Source of the DNA: Clostridiaceae bacterium | Lineage (GTDB): Bacteria; Bacillota; Clostridia; DSM-8532 | Direction: 5' to 3' | Assembly (NCBI GenBank): GCA_012523705.1 | Contig: JAAYTU010000089.1 | Coordinates: 1-57,613 of the forward strand | Length of the DNA stretch: 57,613 nucleotides | In this document: positions 57,579-57,613 of the stretch, piece by piece | Position numbering within the stretch: position 1 is the stretch's first letter | How the letters are laid out: every line of letters starts with the position of its first letter | Notes under the pieces: generated by a model | What the model was told of the DNA's origin: nothing | The model's database searches: none | What the model saw: the letters and a program-made list of their open reading frames with translations, nothing else | Translations under genes and position numbers: made by a program

Positions 57579-57613
57579 TTAATAATCCTCCTGTATGTTA
57601 ATACTATTCTACT

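Overview
This is an AT-rich core-chromosome segment from an endospore-forming member of the Clostridia (Bacillota). The taxon is inferred only from gene content (whiA, spoIIAA-spoIIAB-sigF, spoIVA, pta-ackA) and sequence style. I can support 46 protein-coding genes, one tRNA-Leu(CAG), about a dozen intrinsic-terminator hairpins and several sigma-A-like promoters. Two of the genes, rpsU and a 59-aa membrane protein, fall below the ORF-track size cut-off and were read directly from the DNA. Content is mostly housekeeping: sporulation regulators, alaS, recJ-relA-dtd, a BMP-type nucleoside ABC importer, a MoxR/DUF58/transglutaminase module, an acyl-CoA ligase, pta-ackA and aspartate kinase. It also includes a tightly coupled aroF-aroB-aroA-aroC-(chorismate mutase::aroE)-aroK operon, dacB, purB, spoIVA, a Xer-type recombinase and tsf-pyrH-frr. 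I saw no rRNA, CRISPR array, IS/transposase, prophage or recognisable defence genes, and I did not find a convincing wholly new multi-gene system. Five items deserve a second look. (1) The conserved N-terminus of aroC, including FGESHG, lies upstream of the first canonical start codon, implying AUC/AUA/AUU initiation or a sequence error. (2) A 1424-aa fusion combines two BcrAD/BadFG-type ATPase domains with dehydratase-like Cys-rich domains of unknown substrate. (3) The MoxR-DUF58-transglutaminase membrane module has no known function. (4) There is a chorismate mutase::shikimate dehydrogenase fusion in an aro operon that lacks a dehydroquinase. (5) Conserved frr-uppS synteny breaks at an AT-rich spacer next to a lone tyrosine recombinase. 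All calls rest on reading the sequence and remembered family signatures; no searches were run.
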